A stretch of 64,000 bases of DNA, taken from Candidatus Binatia bacterium (GTDB taxonomy: Bacteria; Desulfobacterota; Binatia; Bin18). The DNA is taken from assembly GCA_963666315.2 (NCBI GenBank), contig CAXXHG010000010.1, positions 32,001 through 96,000 on the forward strand. Reading direction: 5' to 3'. Below the pieces are notes generated by a model, which was not told where the DNA came from, did not search any database, and saw nothing but the letters and a program-made list of their open reading frames with translations. Positions 21,339-31,607 of this stretch are shown one piece after another. How positions within the stretch are numbered: the first letter of the stretch is position 1; each line of letters begins with the position of its first letter. The translations under genes and the position numbers were made by a program.

Positions 21339-22652
21339 ATGCCTGTCTCCATGGAAAAAGTGGTTAATCTGAGCAAACGACGTGGGTTTGTGTATCCCTC
21401 AAGCGAAATATACGGCGGTTTTGCCAGCACTTGGGATTACGGACCGCTCGGGGTTGAACTCAAGCGTAATATACGCGACGCGTGGTGGCGCTATATGGTC
21501 ACCGCTCGAGAAAATGTTGTCGGGATCGAGACTTCGGTTCTCATGCACCCTCAGGTTTGGGAAGCCTCGGGTCATATCGAGGGATTCTCTGACCCTCTGG
21601 TCGACTGTCGCTCATGCAAACGACGTTTCCGAGCCGATCATATCCCAGCGCTGGAAGACCGCGCCTGCCCCAAGAAGATGGAGTGCGATTTCACAGATTC
21701 CCGGCAGTTTAATCTCATGTTCAAGACCTATGTCGGCCCGGTTGAGGATGACGCGTCCGTGGCCTTCCTTCGTCCAGAGACGGCCCAGGGCATGTTTGTC
21801 AATTTCCTCAATGTTCAGCACTCCAGCCGTATGAAGCCGCCTTTCGGCATCGCTCAAACAGGCAAGTCGTTCCGGAATGAGATTACGCCCGGCAACTTCA
21901 TCTTCCGGACGCGCGAATTCGAGCAAATGGAAATGGAGTTTTTCGTTAAGCCCGGCACGGATGACGAATGGTTTGACTATTGGCGTGAGCAACGGATCAA
22001 TTGGTATAGTGACTGCCTGGGTATCAAAGCGGCGAATCTGCGTTTCTACCACTATGAAAAAGAGGAGCTGGCCCATTACGCTAAAGCATGCTCGGATATC
22101 GAGTATCAATTCCCATTTGGCTGGGCAGAACTCGAAGGCATTGCCAGCCGAACGGACTTTGACCTGGGTCGACACGCCGCATCCAGCGGCAAGGATCTGC
22201 GCTTTTTTGATGAAGAGACACGAGAACGCTATCTGCCCTACGTCATCGAGCCGGCAGTCGGCGTTGACCGGATTGTGCTCGTTGTTCTCCTGGACGCCTA
22301 TGACGAAGACGTCCAGGACGAAGAGGAGCGAGTTGTGCTGCGTTTGCATCCAAAACTGGCGCCTATCAAAGTCGGCATTTTTCCGCTGTTACGTAAAAAA
22401 GGGCATCCGGAGAAGGCGCAAGAAATTCGGGATGTCCTCCAGCAGCATTTTGCCGTTTTTTACGATCAGGCCGGCTCCATCGGTCGCCGTTATCGTCGCC
22501 AGGACGAAGTCGGAACACCCTTTGGGATCACGGTTGATCACCAAACGATGGTGGATCAGACAGTCACGCTGCGCGACCGGGACTCGACTGAACAGATCCG
22601 GCTCCCGATTGACCGACTCGTTGCCGAACTGGCCGGGCGCCTCGAAGGGTAG
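21339..22652 (+). CDS. glyQS: Glycine--tRNA ligase, homodimeric alpha2 type
   Basis: SSEIYGG..WDYGPLG, LRPETAQG, FRNEITPGNFIFRTREFEQME, ELEGIA, SIGRRYRRQDEVGTP. Confidence 0.96.
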   Translation: MPVSMEKVVNLSKRRGFVYPSSEIYGGFASTWDYGPLGVELKRNIRDAWWRYMVTARENVVGIETSVLMHPQVWEASGHIEGFSDPLVDCRSCKRRFRADHIPALEDRACPKKMECDFTDSRQFNLMFKTYVGPVEDDASVAFLRPETAQGMFVNFLNVQHSSRMKPPFGIAQTGKSFRNEITPGNFIFRTREFEQMEMEFFVKPGTDDEWFDYWREQRINWYSDCLGIKAANLRFYHYEKEELAHYAKACSDIEYQFPFGWAELEGIASRTDFDLGRHAASSGKDLRFFDEETRERYLPYVIEPAVGVDRIVLVVLLDAYDEDVQDEEERVVLRLHPKLAPIKVGIFPLLRKKGHPEKAQEIRDVLQQHFAVFYDQAGSIGRRYRRQDEVGTPFGITVDHQTMVDQTVTLRDRDSTEQIRLPIDRLVAELAGRLEG

Positions 22653-22841
22653 GAACCTCGCGTTAACCTCAGGCTACGCACGACTCGGTTGATCATCGTT
22701 TCACATATTGTCACATAGCCCCGTTTTTTCCTTGTCTGCCTGTTGTTAGGATGGCCTCTTGCCGGGGATTGCAGGGCATGCCTTCTTTTTCTCAGCGGAG
22801 GCTATATATACGCAGCATTTCTGAAGTAACGGATTCGACTT

Positions 22842-25697
22842 ATGGCTAATCAGAAAATGAACGCAATGAACGGGAAACAAAAACGATTGCGCCGCAAGCG
22901 TTACGTCTACTCTTTCGGTAGCGGGCAAGCTGACGGAGACGCCAGTATCAATTGGTTACTCGGTGGCAAAGGAGCCAACCTGGCGGAAATGGCAGGCCTC
23001 GGGCTCCCGGTTCCCCCAGGCATGACTCTCACGACTGAAGTCTGCAGCCACTATTATACCTATGGCCACACATACCCACCGGAACTCTCCCAGCAGGTGC
23101 GTACCGGGCTGAGACGGATCGAGAAGATCATCGGCCGTCGCTTCGGGAGTGCCACGAATCCCCTCCTGTTGTCGATCCGCTCTGGCGCGCGGGTCTCCAT
23201 GCCCGGCATGATGGATACGGTTCTCAACCTGGGCCTGAATGACACCGCAGTCCAGGGATTGATGAAGCAATCCGGGAGTCCGCGCTTTGCCTACGACTGC
23301 TACCGCCGCTTTGTCCAGATGTACGGAGACGTTGTGCTCGGGCTGAAGCCTGAATCGAAGGCGGACCGCGATCCGTTTGAGCAAATCATTGAAAAGAAAA
23401 AGAGTGCTCAGGGTATCGAGCTCGATACCCAATTGACCGCTGAGGATTTGCACGATCTCGTGACCGCATTCAAAAACCTGATCCAAGAGCGACTCGGGCT
23501 CCCGTTTCCCGAAGACCCGCATGATCAGCTCTGGGGAGCAATCGGCGCGGTTTTTGGCTCGTGGAATAATGCGCGGGCGGTCACGTACCGGAAAATCGAA
23601 AATATCCCGGCTGAATGGGGCACCGCGGTCACGATCCAGACCATGGTTTTCGGCAACCTGGGAGAGGGTTGCGCTACGGGAGTCGCGTTTACCCGTGATC
23701 TCTCAACCGGAGCAAAAGAGCTGAATGGGGATTTTCTCATTAATGCCCAGGGAGAGGACGTTGTGGCCGGTATTCGGAACCCGCAGCAGATTACGCTCTC
23801 GGCTTCGCGACATCGCGCCCAGCGCGAAGGCCTCTCAGAAAAAGAGCGGAAAGAGCGCTATCCGGCTTTGGAAGAACAGCTGCCGGACTGTTTCAAACAA
23901 CTCCAAGCGGTGGCCCACACCCTGGAGTCGCACTATAACGACGCCCAAGATATTGAGTTTACCGCCGAGAACGGACAACTGTGGATGCTCCAGACTCGGA
24001 CCGCGAAGCGCACGGCAGCGGCCGCAGTACAAATCGCAGTTGATATGGTGTACGAAGGGCGCATTGATGAGGACAACGCTATCCTGCGCGTTGCTCCGGC
24101 CCAGCTCGATCAGCTCTTACATCCCATTCTAGATCCGGATGCGCCCAAAGATCCGATCGCCCGAGGGCTGCCGGCCTCTCCCGGCGCAGTCAGCGGAGAG
24201 GTGGTGTTTTCTGCCGAAGACGCCGAGACTGCGGCCACAGCCGGTCGCCAGGTCATCCTCGTCCGTCTTGAGACCTCACCCGAAGATATCAACGGTATGC
24301 ATGCCGCAGAGGGCATCCTCACCGTACGCGGCGGTGCCAGCTCTCACGCTGCGCTTGTCAGTCGCGGCATGGGGAAGTGTGCCGTTGTCGGCTGTGAGGC
24401 ACTGGAAATCGATTATGATCAGCAAGTGTTTCGTATCCGAGGACGAGACGAGGTCATCCGATTGGGCGACTTTATTACGCTCGACGGGTCAACGGGGGAA
24501 GTCTTCCTCGGCGAGGTTCCAACCAGCGCACCGAAAATTGAAAGTCCGGCATTTAAGGCATTAATGACCTGGGCGGATCGCGCGCGTCGCCTGCGTGTTC
24601 GAGCGAACGCCGACACCCCACATGATGCCCAGGTTGCGCGCGCCTTTGGCGCGGAGGGCATAGGTCTGTGCCGAACGGAGCATATGTTCTTCGAGGGCGA
24701 TCGAATCGATGCCGTACGAGAAATGATTCTTGCCGATGACACCGCTGCGCGTGTCCGTGCATTAGAGAAGATCTTTCCGATGCAGCGATCGGATTTTTTC
24801 GCCATCCTGCGTATCATGGAAGACCTGCCGGTGACCATCCGCCTGTTCGATCCGCCCTTGCATGAATTTCTGCCTCAGACGGACGAGGATCTTGAAGACC
24901 TGGCAAGAAAACTCAACGTTTCGACGGAGCGGTTACGGACTAAACGCAACGTCTTATACGAACTGAACCCGATGCTCGGACATCGTGGCTGTCGGCTGGG
25001 TATTACATTTCCAGAGATTTATGAAGCCCAAGTACGAGCGATCATGGAAGCCGCGTGTGAACTCACACGGGAAGGGGTCGAGGTTCAACCTGAAATCATG
25101 GTGCCGCTTGTCGGCCACAAACGCGAACTCGAAATCTTACGCGAGCGGATCGCTCGTGTTTGCGCTGAAGTCATCTCAGCCCAAGGAGCGACCCCCCAGT
25201 ATACGATTGGGACAATGATTGAAGTTCCTCGGGCAGCGCTACGGGCTGACCACATTGCCGAAGTGGCGGACTTCTTTTCCTTTGGGACAAACGACTTGAC
25301 GCAAATGACACTGGGTTTAAGCCGTGATGATTCCGGGAGATTTCTGCCCGAGTACGTCGCGCAAGGCATTTTCCCCCAAGACCCATTTGCGACACTCGAC
25401 CAAGACGGCGTGGGTCAGTTAATCGAACTCGCCGTCAAAAGGGGACGCGCCATCCGAGAGGGATTAAAAATCGGCATTTGCGGTGAGCATGGCGGGGACC
25501 CGGCCTCTATCGAATTTTTCCACGGCATAGGCTTAGACTATGTATCCTGCTCGCCCTATCGTGTTCCTATTGCTCGCCTGGCTGCAGCGCATGCCGTCCT
25601 CAAGGAACAGGCGGCCCAGAAGGCACAGGAGGTAAAAGCGCAGCGACCCTCGCGGAAGAAATCGACCTCGACACCCAGCGTTGCGCCTAGCCCTTAG
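22842..25697 (+). CDS. ppdK: Pyruvate, phosphate dikinase
   Basis: LLGGKGANLAEM, RSGARVSMPGMMDT, phosphohistidine motif GGASSHAALV, GLCRTEHMF, FSFGTNDLTQ, ICGEHGG. Confidence 0.98.
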   Translation: MANQKMNAMNGKQKRLRRKRYVYSFGSGQADGDASINWLLGGKGANLAEMAGLGLPVPPGMTLTTEVCSHYYTYGHTYPPELSQQVRTGLRRIEKIIGRRFGSATNPLLLSIRSGARVSMPGMMDTVLNLGLNDTAVQGLMKQSGSPRFAYDCYRRFVQMYGDVVLGLKPESKADRDPFEQIIEKKKSAQGIELDTQLTAEDLHDLVTAFKNLIQERLGLPFPEDPHDQLWGAIGAVFGSWNNARAVTYRKIENIPAEWGTAVTIQTMVFGNLGEGCATGVAFTRDLSTGAKELNGDFLINAQGEDVVAGIRNPQQITLSASRHRAQREGLSEKERKERYPALEEQLPDCFKQLQAVAHTLESHYNDAQDIEFTAENGQLWMLQTRTAKRTAAAAVQIAVDMVYEGRIDEDNAILRVAPAQLDQLLHPILDPDAPKDPIARGLPASPGAVSGEVVFSAEDAETAATAGRQVILVRLETSPEDINGMHAAEGILTVRGGASSHAALVSRGMGKCAVVGCEALEIDYDQQVFRIRGRDEVIRLGDFITLDGSTGEVFLGEVPTSAPKIESPAFKALMTWADRARRLRVRANADTPHDAQVARAFGAEGIGLCRTEHMFFEGDRIDAVREMILADDTAARVRALEKIFPMQRSDFFAILRIMEDLPVTIRLFDPPLHEFLPQTDEDLEDLARKLNVSTERLRTKRNVLYELNPMLGHRGCRLGITFPEIYEAQVRAIMEAACELTREGVEVQPEIMVPLVGHKRELEILRERIARVCAEVISAQGATPQYTIGTMIEVPRAALRADHIAEVADFFSFGTNDLTQMTLGLSRDDSGRFLPEYVAQGIFPQDPFATLDQDGVGQLIELAVKRGRAIREGLKIGICGEHGGDPASIEFFHGIGLDYVSCSPYRVPIARLAAAHAVLKEQAAQKAQEVKAQRPSRKKSTSTPSVAPSP

Positions 25698-25787
25698 CCG
25701 CCTTGTCGACCAACATCTTCAGCTTTCCAGATATGTAGTATCGCCGGGTATGTAGTATCGACTTCATCGACTTTTTGGCTTTGCCCT

Positions 25788-26657
25788 ATGCGCACCCTCG
25801 CCGTAAGCGGAGAAACCCGAGTGGTCGGGATCTTTGGGCATCCGATTGCCCATACACGCTCACCGGCCATGCATAATGCCGCGTTCCGTGCACTCGGATT
25901 GCCGTACATCTATATCCCATTTTTGGTCCACCCGTCTGATCTCGGAAAAGCAACACAGAGCATCCGTAGCCTGAATTTGGTCGGCATCAATGTGACCGTA
26001 CCGCACAAGGAGAGTATTCTTCGCTATCTTGACGGCCTCAGCACAGAGGCAAAGCTGTGTGCGGCCGTGAACACCGTTATCAATCGCCAAGGCAGTCTGT
26101 ATGGAGAGAATACAGATAGCCGCGGATTCCTCCTGTCCCTCGAAGAGCGCCAGTTCTCGCTTCAGAATCGCGAGGTTGTGCTCATTGGCGCTGGAGGTGC
26201 GGCGCGCGCAGTCTTAGTCGCACTCGTTCGGGCTGGCAGTGCGCAGATTACGATCGTGAATCGTACCCAAGCCCATGCCAAAAAGCTCGCCCATACCTAT
26301 CAGTCGCTGGGACAAACCAGCATCCACACGGCCTCACTGGATATGCTCGGTGACGCCGCCCTGCTGAGACGTGCCGCTTTAGTCGTGAACAGCATTCCCC
26401 TCGGCCTTCACGGTGTAGCCTTCCCACCTCTCGACTACCGGGCGAGTCCACGCCGCTGTCTGTTTTATGACCTTGTCTACCACCCTGAACCCACGCTCTT
26501 TTTACAACGTGCATTGCAGGCTCGGCGGGCGACGCTAGACGGACGCCGCATGCTGTTGCACCAAGGAGCACTGGCATTCGAACTCTGGGTTCAGCAACCG
26601 GCCCCGCTACGCGTGATGTCACGTGCACTCGCACATGCGCTCCGCGACTCTGCCTGA
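25788..26657 (+). CDS. aroE: Shikimate dehydrogenase
   Basis: SPAMHN, NVTVPHKE, AVNT, NTD, GAGGAARA, MLLHQG. Confidence 0.95.
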   Translation: MRTLAVSGETRVVGIFGHPIAHTRSPAMHNAAFRALGLPYIYIPFLVHPSDLGKATQSIRSLNLVGINVTVPHKESILRYLDGLSTEAKLCAAVNTVINRQGSLYGENTDSRGFLLSLEERQFSLQNREVVLIGAGGAARAVLVALVRAGSAQITIVNRTQAHAKKLAHTYQSLGQTSIHTASLDMLGDAALLRRAALVVNSIPLGLHGVAFPPLDYRASPRRCLFYDLVYHPEPTLFLQRALQARRATLDGRRMLLHQGALAFELWVQQPAPLRVMSRALAHALRDSA

Positions 26658-26770
26658 CTGCGCTTTTCCAGCGTAACCGTCTCCTCGGCTTGCAACTTAA
26701 TTTCTCAGCACTTCTGCCGATTTTTCCTCAGAGTAGAGAAATCAGCAGAGAGGGAGCACGGCAGAACAGT

Positions 26771-27095
26771 ATGGCTACTCGCCTAGGGGAGTTGCTTGTC
26801 CGTAAAGGCTATATTACCCCAGAACAGTTGGGGAAAGCCCGCGAAGCCCAAAAGCAACACGATGGTCCGCTGGCAGCCCACCTTGTCCGCTTGGGCTGTT
26901 TGACTGAAGAGGCGCTGCTCGCCTACTTACAGAAAGAGTATCGCCTGGCCCCCGTCGATCCCCTCGACATGGCCATTCCTGAGGAGGTCGTACAACTCAT
27001 TCCTCCCGCCCTGGCCAAGAAATACCACCTTCTGCCTGTCGAGCTGGTGGGATCGACGCTCACGATTGCCATGGAGGACCCGTCCAATCTCGTTT
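26771..27095 (+). pseudogene. pilB: pilB N-terminal (MshEN/GSPII_E_N) fragment; ATPase domain deleted
   Basis: MATRLGELLVRKGYITPEQL...AKKYHLLPV...LTIAMEDPSNL, then an abrupt switch to pilC sequence; no Walker A/B motifs. Confidence 0.82.
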
Positions 27096-28050
27096 ATGCG
27101 AGCGCTCGAAATCTTGGCCCACCAGACAGAGAACAAGACCTTTGCCCGCATTATTGGCGAAGTCAAACATGATGTGGAAAGTGGTTCAGCGTTTGCTGAG
27201 TCTCTGACCAAGCATCCAAAGATCTTTGATACACTCTATACCAGGTCTCAGCTGGCGAGATCGGCGGCATCCTCGACACCATCCTTACCCGTCTGGCCGC
27301 CTATATGGAGAAAGCGGTCAGACTCAAGTCAAAAATAAAAGCGCCATGATTTACCCAATCAGCATCGTCAGCGCGGCCCTGCTGGTCACCTCGATTCTGC
27401 TGATCTGCGTCATCCCGGTATTCAGCGACATGTTTAGCAGCTTTGGCAAAGAACTCCCCCTGCCGACACAAATCGCGATGAATCTCACTTATGTGACGAT
27501 TGCCTATTTTTGGTACATCGTCGCCGCGATCGTCAGCACCGTCGTAGGCATACGCACGTACTACCGCACCGAACGCGGACAAGAAGTCATAGACGGGCTC
27601 TTACTCAAGCTGCCGATCTTTGGCGACATCTTTCGGAAGGCCGCGGTTGCGCGGTTCACGCGCACGTTGAGCACCCTGATCTCGTCCGGGGTTCCCATAC
27701 TCGACGCGCTGGCTATCACCAGAAAAACCGCGAGGAATATAGTCGTTGAAAATGCGGTATTTGCCGCGCGGCAGAGCATTACGGAAGGCAAGACGCTGAC
27801 GGACCCTCTTATCGAAAGTAAGGTCTTTCGGCCTATGGTGTGCCAGATGATCAACGTCGGCGAAACTACCGGCGCACTCGACTCGATGCTGTCAAAGATT
27901 GCCGACTTTTATGATGATGAGGTCGATACGGCCGTGTCGAATTTAACGGCTCTCATGGAACCCTTGGTTATTGTGTTTCTTGGCGTAGTAATCGGGGGCC
28001 TCGTTGTCGCAATGTATCTCCCCATATTCCAGCTTGGTTCTCCTTCCTGA
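27096..28050 (+). pseudogene. pilC: pilC/GspF platform protein, 5'-truncated and frameshifted
   Basis: Three frames give RALEILAHQTENKTF...VESGSAFAESLTKHPKIFD / GEIGGILDTILTRLAAYMEK / AMIYP...ARFTRTLSTLISSGVPIL...VGETTGALDSML...AMYLPIFQLG. Confidence 0.88.
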
Positions 28051-28990
28051 CCTGCGCCGCCGTTTGCAGTGGTTTCTGCTTCTTCGGTTGGGGATTGCAA
28101 CCGGTTTACTCGCAGTCACAGGTTTCTTCAACTCTCGTGATGCAACCCTCCATATTCAAGCAGTTCAATCTGTGCAGGCCGTTCAGTTTCTTCCAGTCGC
28201 TCTTGCATTGACATATTTTGTGTCTCTTGTCTCCGGACTACTCCTCACCAGAGTGCGGAATCTTTCGGTCTTCTCTTATGTGCGGATGACGTTTGATACA
28301 CTCTTTGTGACCTGCATCGTGCTGTTAACGGGCGGACTCCAGAGTCCGTTCCCCTTTCTGTATCATCTCATCATTCTGAATGCGGCGTTACTCCTTTTTC
28401 GTCGTGGCGCAGTGGTGACAGCAACCCTCGCAGCCCTCAGTTACGGCCCGCTCAGCGGCCTGCCCCTCCCCTTTCACCAGGATTTTCACGCAGACCGGCT
28501 CAGCATCCATCTCATTGACCATTTAGCCTCTTTTTATTCCATTGCGTTTCTTGCCGGCTATTTGACCCACAAATTGCTCCGTACTGAAACGCTGCTGACA
28601 GAGTGGGAGCAGGACCTTGGACGCATGAAGTCCCTGTATCAGGGCGTTATTCACAACCTTGAAAGCGGTATTTTCGTCACAGACACGGACGGCGTTATCG
28701 AGTACGCAAATGATCCGAGGGGAGAAATTGTCAATACGGCTCCGCAGCTCCTGATTGGTCAGCGCGTTGAGGATGTTTTCCCCCTCCTGGAGACGTCAGG
28801 GCTTCCAGCCGCTCCGTTCGAGTTTTCTCTCCAAGGACAAGGAGAGGGCTCAAAAGAACGCAATGTACGTTTAACAAATTCATATATTCTTGATTCATAC
28901 CATACTAGAACTACTGTATAGTATTCAGGACGTTACCAGTGTGAAGGAACTTGAACGCACTCTCCAAGAAACGCAGAAGTTAGAGCGCCT
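28051..28990 (+). pseudogene. pilS: pilS sensor kinase remnant (TM region and PAS; HisKA/HATPase missing)
   Basis: RLQWFLLLRL..., TGGLQSPFPFLY, LAGYL, PAS-like ESGIFVTDTDG; frameshift near 28900 and no H-box. Confidence 0.72.
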
Positions 28991-30020
28991 GGAAACCAAA
29001 AGTGCCGACTCCTCAACAACCGCTCCAGTCGGATTAATCGGCCAAAGCGCAGCTATGCAATACGTCTACCAACTCGTGCATAAAGTCGCCCAGAGCACCG
29101 TTACCGTCCTCATAAGCGGTGAAAGTGGAACGGGCAAGAAAGTTGTTGCGCGGGCAAATCATACTCTGGGACCTCGTGCAACACAGGCCTTTGTGCCAGT
29201 CAATTGCGGCGCTATTCCGGACACTCTTATCGAAAGTGAACTCTTTGGATCGGTGAAAGGTACGTTTACGGGTGCGGTGCGGGACCGTCCGGGGCTCTTT
29301 CGTCAAGCGTATCGCGGGACGCTCTTTCTCGACGAGATAGGGGAATTGCCGCTCTGCTCGCAGGTGAAAATGCTGCGGGCGTTGCAAGAACGCGAAGTCA
29401 CTCCGGTTGGTGGCAATCACAGCAGCCCCGTCGACGTCCGTATCTTTGTTGCCACAAACAAAATCCTCGAAGAAGAGGTTGCAACCGGTCGCTTTCGCTA
29501 AGACCTGTATTACCGCCTCAATGTGCTCTCTATCCCGCTGCCAGCTCTGAGGACACGCGGCGGTGATTTACCGCTTTTGATGCACCGCTTCTTAGAGCAG
29601 TCGGCCACACAAAACGGGAGAGGCAGCCTGCATGTTTCTCCGCAGGCCATGCGCGTGCTTTTGGACTACGGCTATCCGGGCAATATTCGCGAGCTTGAGA
29701 ATATCATCCAGCATGCGGTGACGATGGCCGATGACAGCACCAGCCGTCTTGGCGACCTCCCGCAGCATCTGCAGCAGTTGTCAAAACGTCTCTCTGGCCC
29801 TGGCAGCTCCACCCTTTCAGACCAGTCAGTCTCAACACGGTCAGCGCTCAATTTTTTTCACAAAGGGGTGAGTCTTGATGCAGAACTCGAAGAATATGAG
29901 CGGCGCATTTTGCGGGCCGCTCTGGACCAGTCGGGAGGCGTGCAAAAAAGAGCAGCAGAAGCGTTAGGGATCAATTACCGCTCTCTGCGACATCGTTTGC
30001 GGAAATACGAACTGACCTAA
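28991..30020 (+). pseudogene. pilR: pilR sigma54-dependent activator remnant (receiver domain missing, in-frame TAA at 29499-29501)
   Basis: LIGQS, GESGTGK, NCGAIP, ESELFG, GTFTGA (degenerate GAFTGA), LFLDEIG, GRFR*DLYYRLNV, YPGNIRELEN, Fis-type HTH. Confidence 0.85.
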
Positions 30021-30182
30021 GAGGGGGTCTAATTAGTGTCTCTGTGGCCAAAGCCCGTGCGAAAGAGGCGTGACCAAGGCGCCCAAAGCAGCCATAGCCG
30101 CTGTGCTATGGCGATGGAGGGCAACGCGGGACACGCTAGTTACAGCCGGGCGACGCCCAGAATGGACTTTTTGGACACCCTC
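30021..30182. mobile_element. 162-bp MITE-like non-autonomous element
   Basis: Imperfect terminal inverted repeats GAGGGGGTCTAATTAGT and (reverse complement) GAGGGTGTCCAAAAAGT, flanked by TAA at 30018-30020 and 30183-30185; internal hairpin GCCATAGC...GCTATGGC. Confidence 0.6.
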
Positions 30183-30337
30183 TAAGCCCGGCGGCTCTTC
30201 TTCTTTCCTGCCTTGCGCATTCTGCTTCCTGAAACTTATTTTCGTATTCTCGCTCTCCTAAAAAACCCCCCCTGCATGCCGATGGAATATACGAATCAGA
30301 AGAAACACGAAGAAACAATATGAACAATGGCATAATT

Positions 30338-30351
30338 TGTCACTCGTGACA
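30338..30351. promoter_or_regulatory. Palindrome TGTCAC-TC-GTGACA, candidate upstream activator (PilR) site
   Basis: Perfect 6+6 inverted repeat ~110 bp upstream of the sigma54 promoter of pilA. Confidence 0.45.
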
Positions 30352-30459
30352 TTTTTTGACCCCGGCTGAAAGCGCATACGCTTTGGACCTAAACAAGAAA
30401 ATACAGGAAATCCTAATGAATTCGCTGGCCAATATATTTTTCTATCAACCAGTGATGCA

Positions 30460-30475
30460 TGGCACGCGTGTTGCT
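30460..30475 (+). promoter_or_regulatory. Sigma54 (-24/-12) promoter of pilA
   Basis: TGGCACG-CGTG-TTGCT matches TGGCACG-N4-TTGC exactly. Confidence 0.85.
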
Positions 30476-30622
30476 CTATTCACGTCCTACGCAATTCATT
30501 CATTCACTATGTGAGGAGTTTTTATGCAAGAGAATATACGACAAGAAAGAGGTCCTCCGGACACAACTCATAACTGTCTTTCCTGGAACCACACACACAC
30601 TACTTCTTCGAGGAGAAACACT

Positions 30623-30955
30623 ATGATCAAAAAGAACGAAAAAGGGTTTACATTAATCGAGCTACTCGTCGTCGCCATTATCGGTATCTTGGCCGCCATC
30701 GCGATTCCACAGTTTGCCTCATACCGCGCCCAGGCCTTCTGCTCCCGCGTGGAGTCAGACGTCAAAAATACGGTGATTGCACAAGAGGCTATATATGCGG
30801 ACACCGAAGCCTATGATTCCAGTCAAGACGTCTCGAGTGACGGAGTTACCGTTACGGTCACAGCCAATACAACCGATGTAGATGTATCAGCCGAACATGG
30901 CAGCTGCACGAAAGGAACCTTCTCCTTTACCGAAAGCACCGGTGTGTACGTCTAG
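30623..30955 (+). CDS. pilA: Type IV pilin (short); hydrophobic helix one codon shorter than canonical
   Basis: MIKKNEKG|[23 protein letters not shown] class III signal; AGGAG SD. Confidence 0.85.
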   Translation: MIKKNEKGFTLIELLVVAIIGILAAIAIPQFASYRAQAFCSRVESDVKNTVIAQEAIYADTEAYDSSQDVSSDGVTVTVTANTTDVDVSAEHGSCTKGTFSFTESTGVYV

Positions 30956-30990
30956 ACAGCAGCTTAATCGCTGATTAGGATTCCGAACCA

Positions 30991-31032
30991 AGCCGGGTGT
31001 TTTCTTCGAGACGACACGCGGCTTTTTCTTTT
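30991..31032 (+). terminator. Intrinsic terminator after pilA
   Basis: Stem AGCCG-GTGT...ACAC-CGGCT followed by TTTTCTTTT. Confidence 0.65.
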
Positions 31033-31182
31033 GCGGACTCTATACTTCCCCCGTCCTCTGCCCCTTTCTTATCTTCGGAAATTTATACACGAGGCGAAGT
31101 CATCAGGTCTCTTTTTGTTGGGGGATTGAGCCGATCTTCGATCCATATGTCTCGAAACTTCTGCTCTCGCAACGCCCCTTTC

Positions 31183-31197
31183 TGGCATATGCCTTGC
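31183..31197 (+). promoter_or_regulatory. Sigma54-type promoter of the second pilin
   Basis: TGGCATA-TGCC-TTGC (GG-N10-GC spacing). Confidence 0.6.
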
Positions 31198-31239
31198 CGC
31201 ATACCGGATTAACAAATCACTGTCCGGTTCCGACACCTA

Positions 31240-31607
31240 AGGAGAGAAGGAAGGAATTGAGCTTAGGGCGGGCGAGAAAGGCTTTACGCTGATTAAGCTT
31301 TTTGTCGTTGTCGCGATTATCGGGATTTTGGCAGCCATTGCCAGCCCCCAGTTCGCTGAATATCGGAGAGCAACGTATTGAGCCCGTGTCACTTCCGACG
31401 CCAAGAACGCCTTCGTGTCCATGGAGGCATACTTCGCAGCGCAGCTCGCCTACGGCACTTGCCGACACAGGATTTACGTCTACGGAGAAGATTTCAGTGA
31501 GCGTCCAACAAACAGGCTCCTTGATCATTACAGCAATAGACACAGGCGGCCAATGTGTTGGGACGTATACGCTGAGTGAGGCAAGTGGCCGGGACGCGTG
31601 GAGCTAA
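31240..31607 (+). pseudogene. Second type IV pilin, frameshifted with a premature TGA
   Basis: EKGFTLIKL / frameshift / [44 protein letters not shown], colinear with pilA; start position uncertain. Confidence 0.8.
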
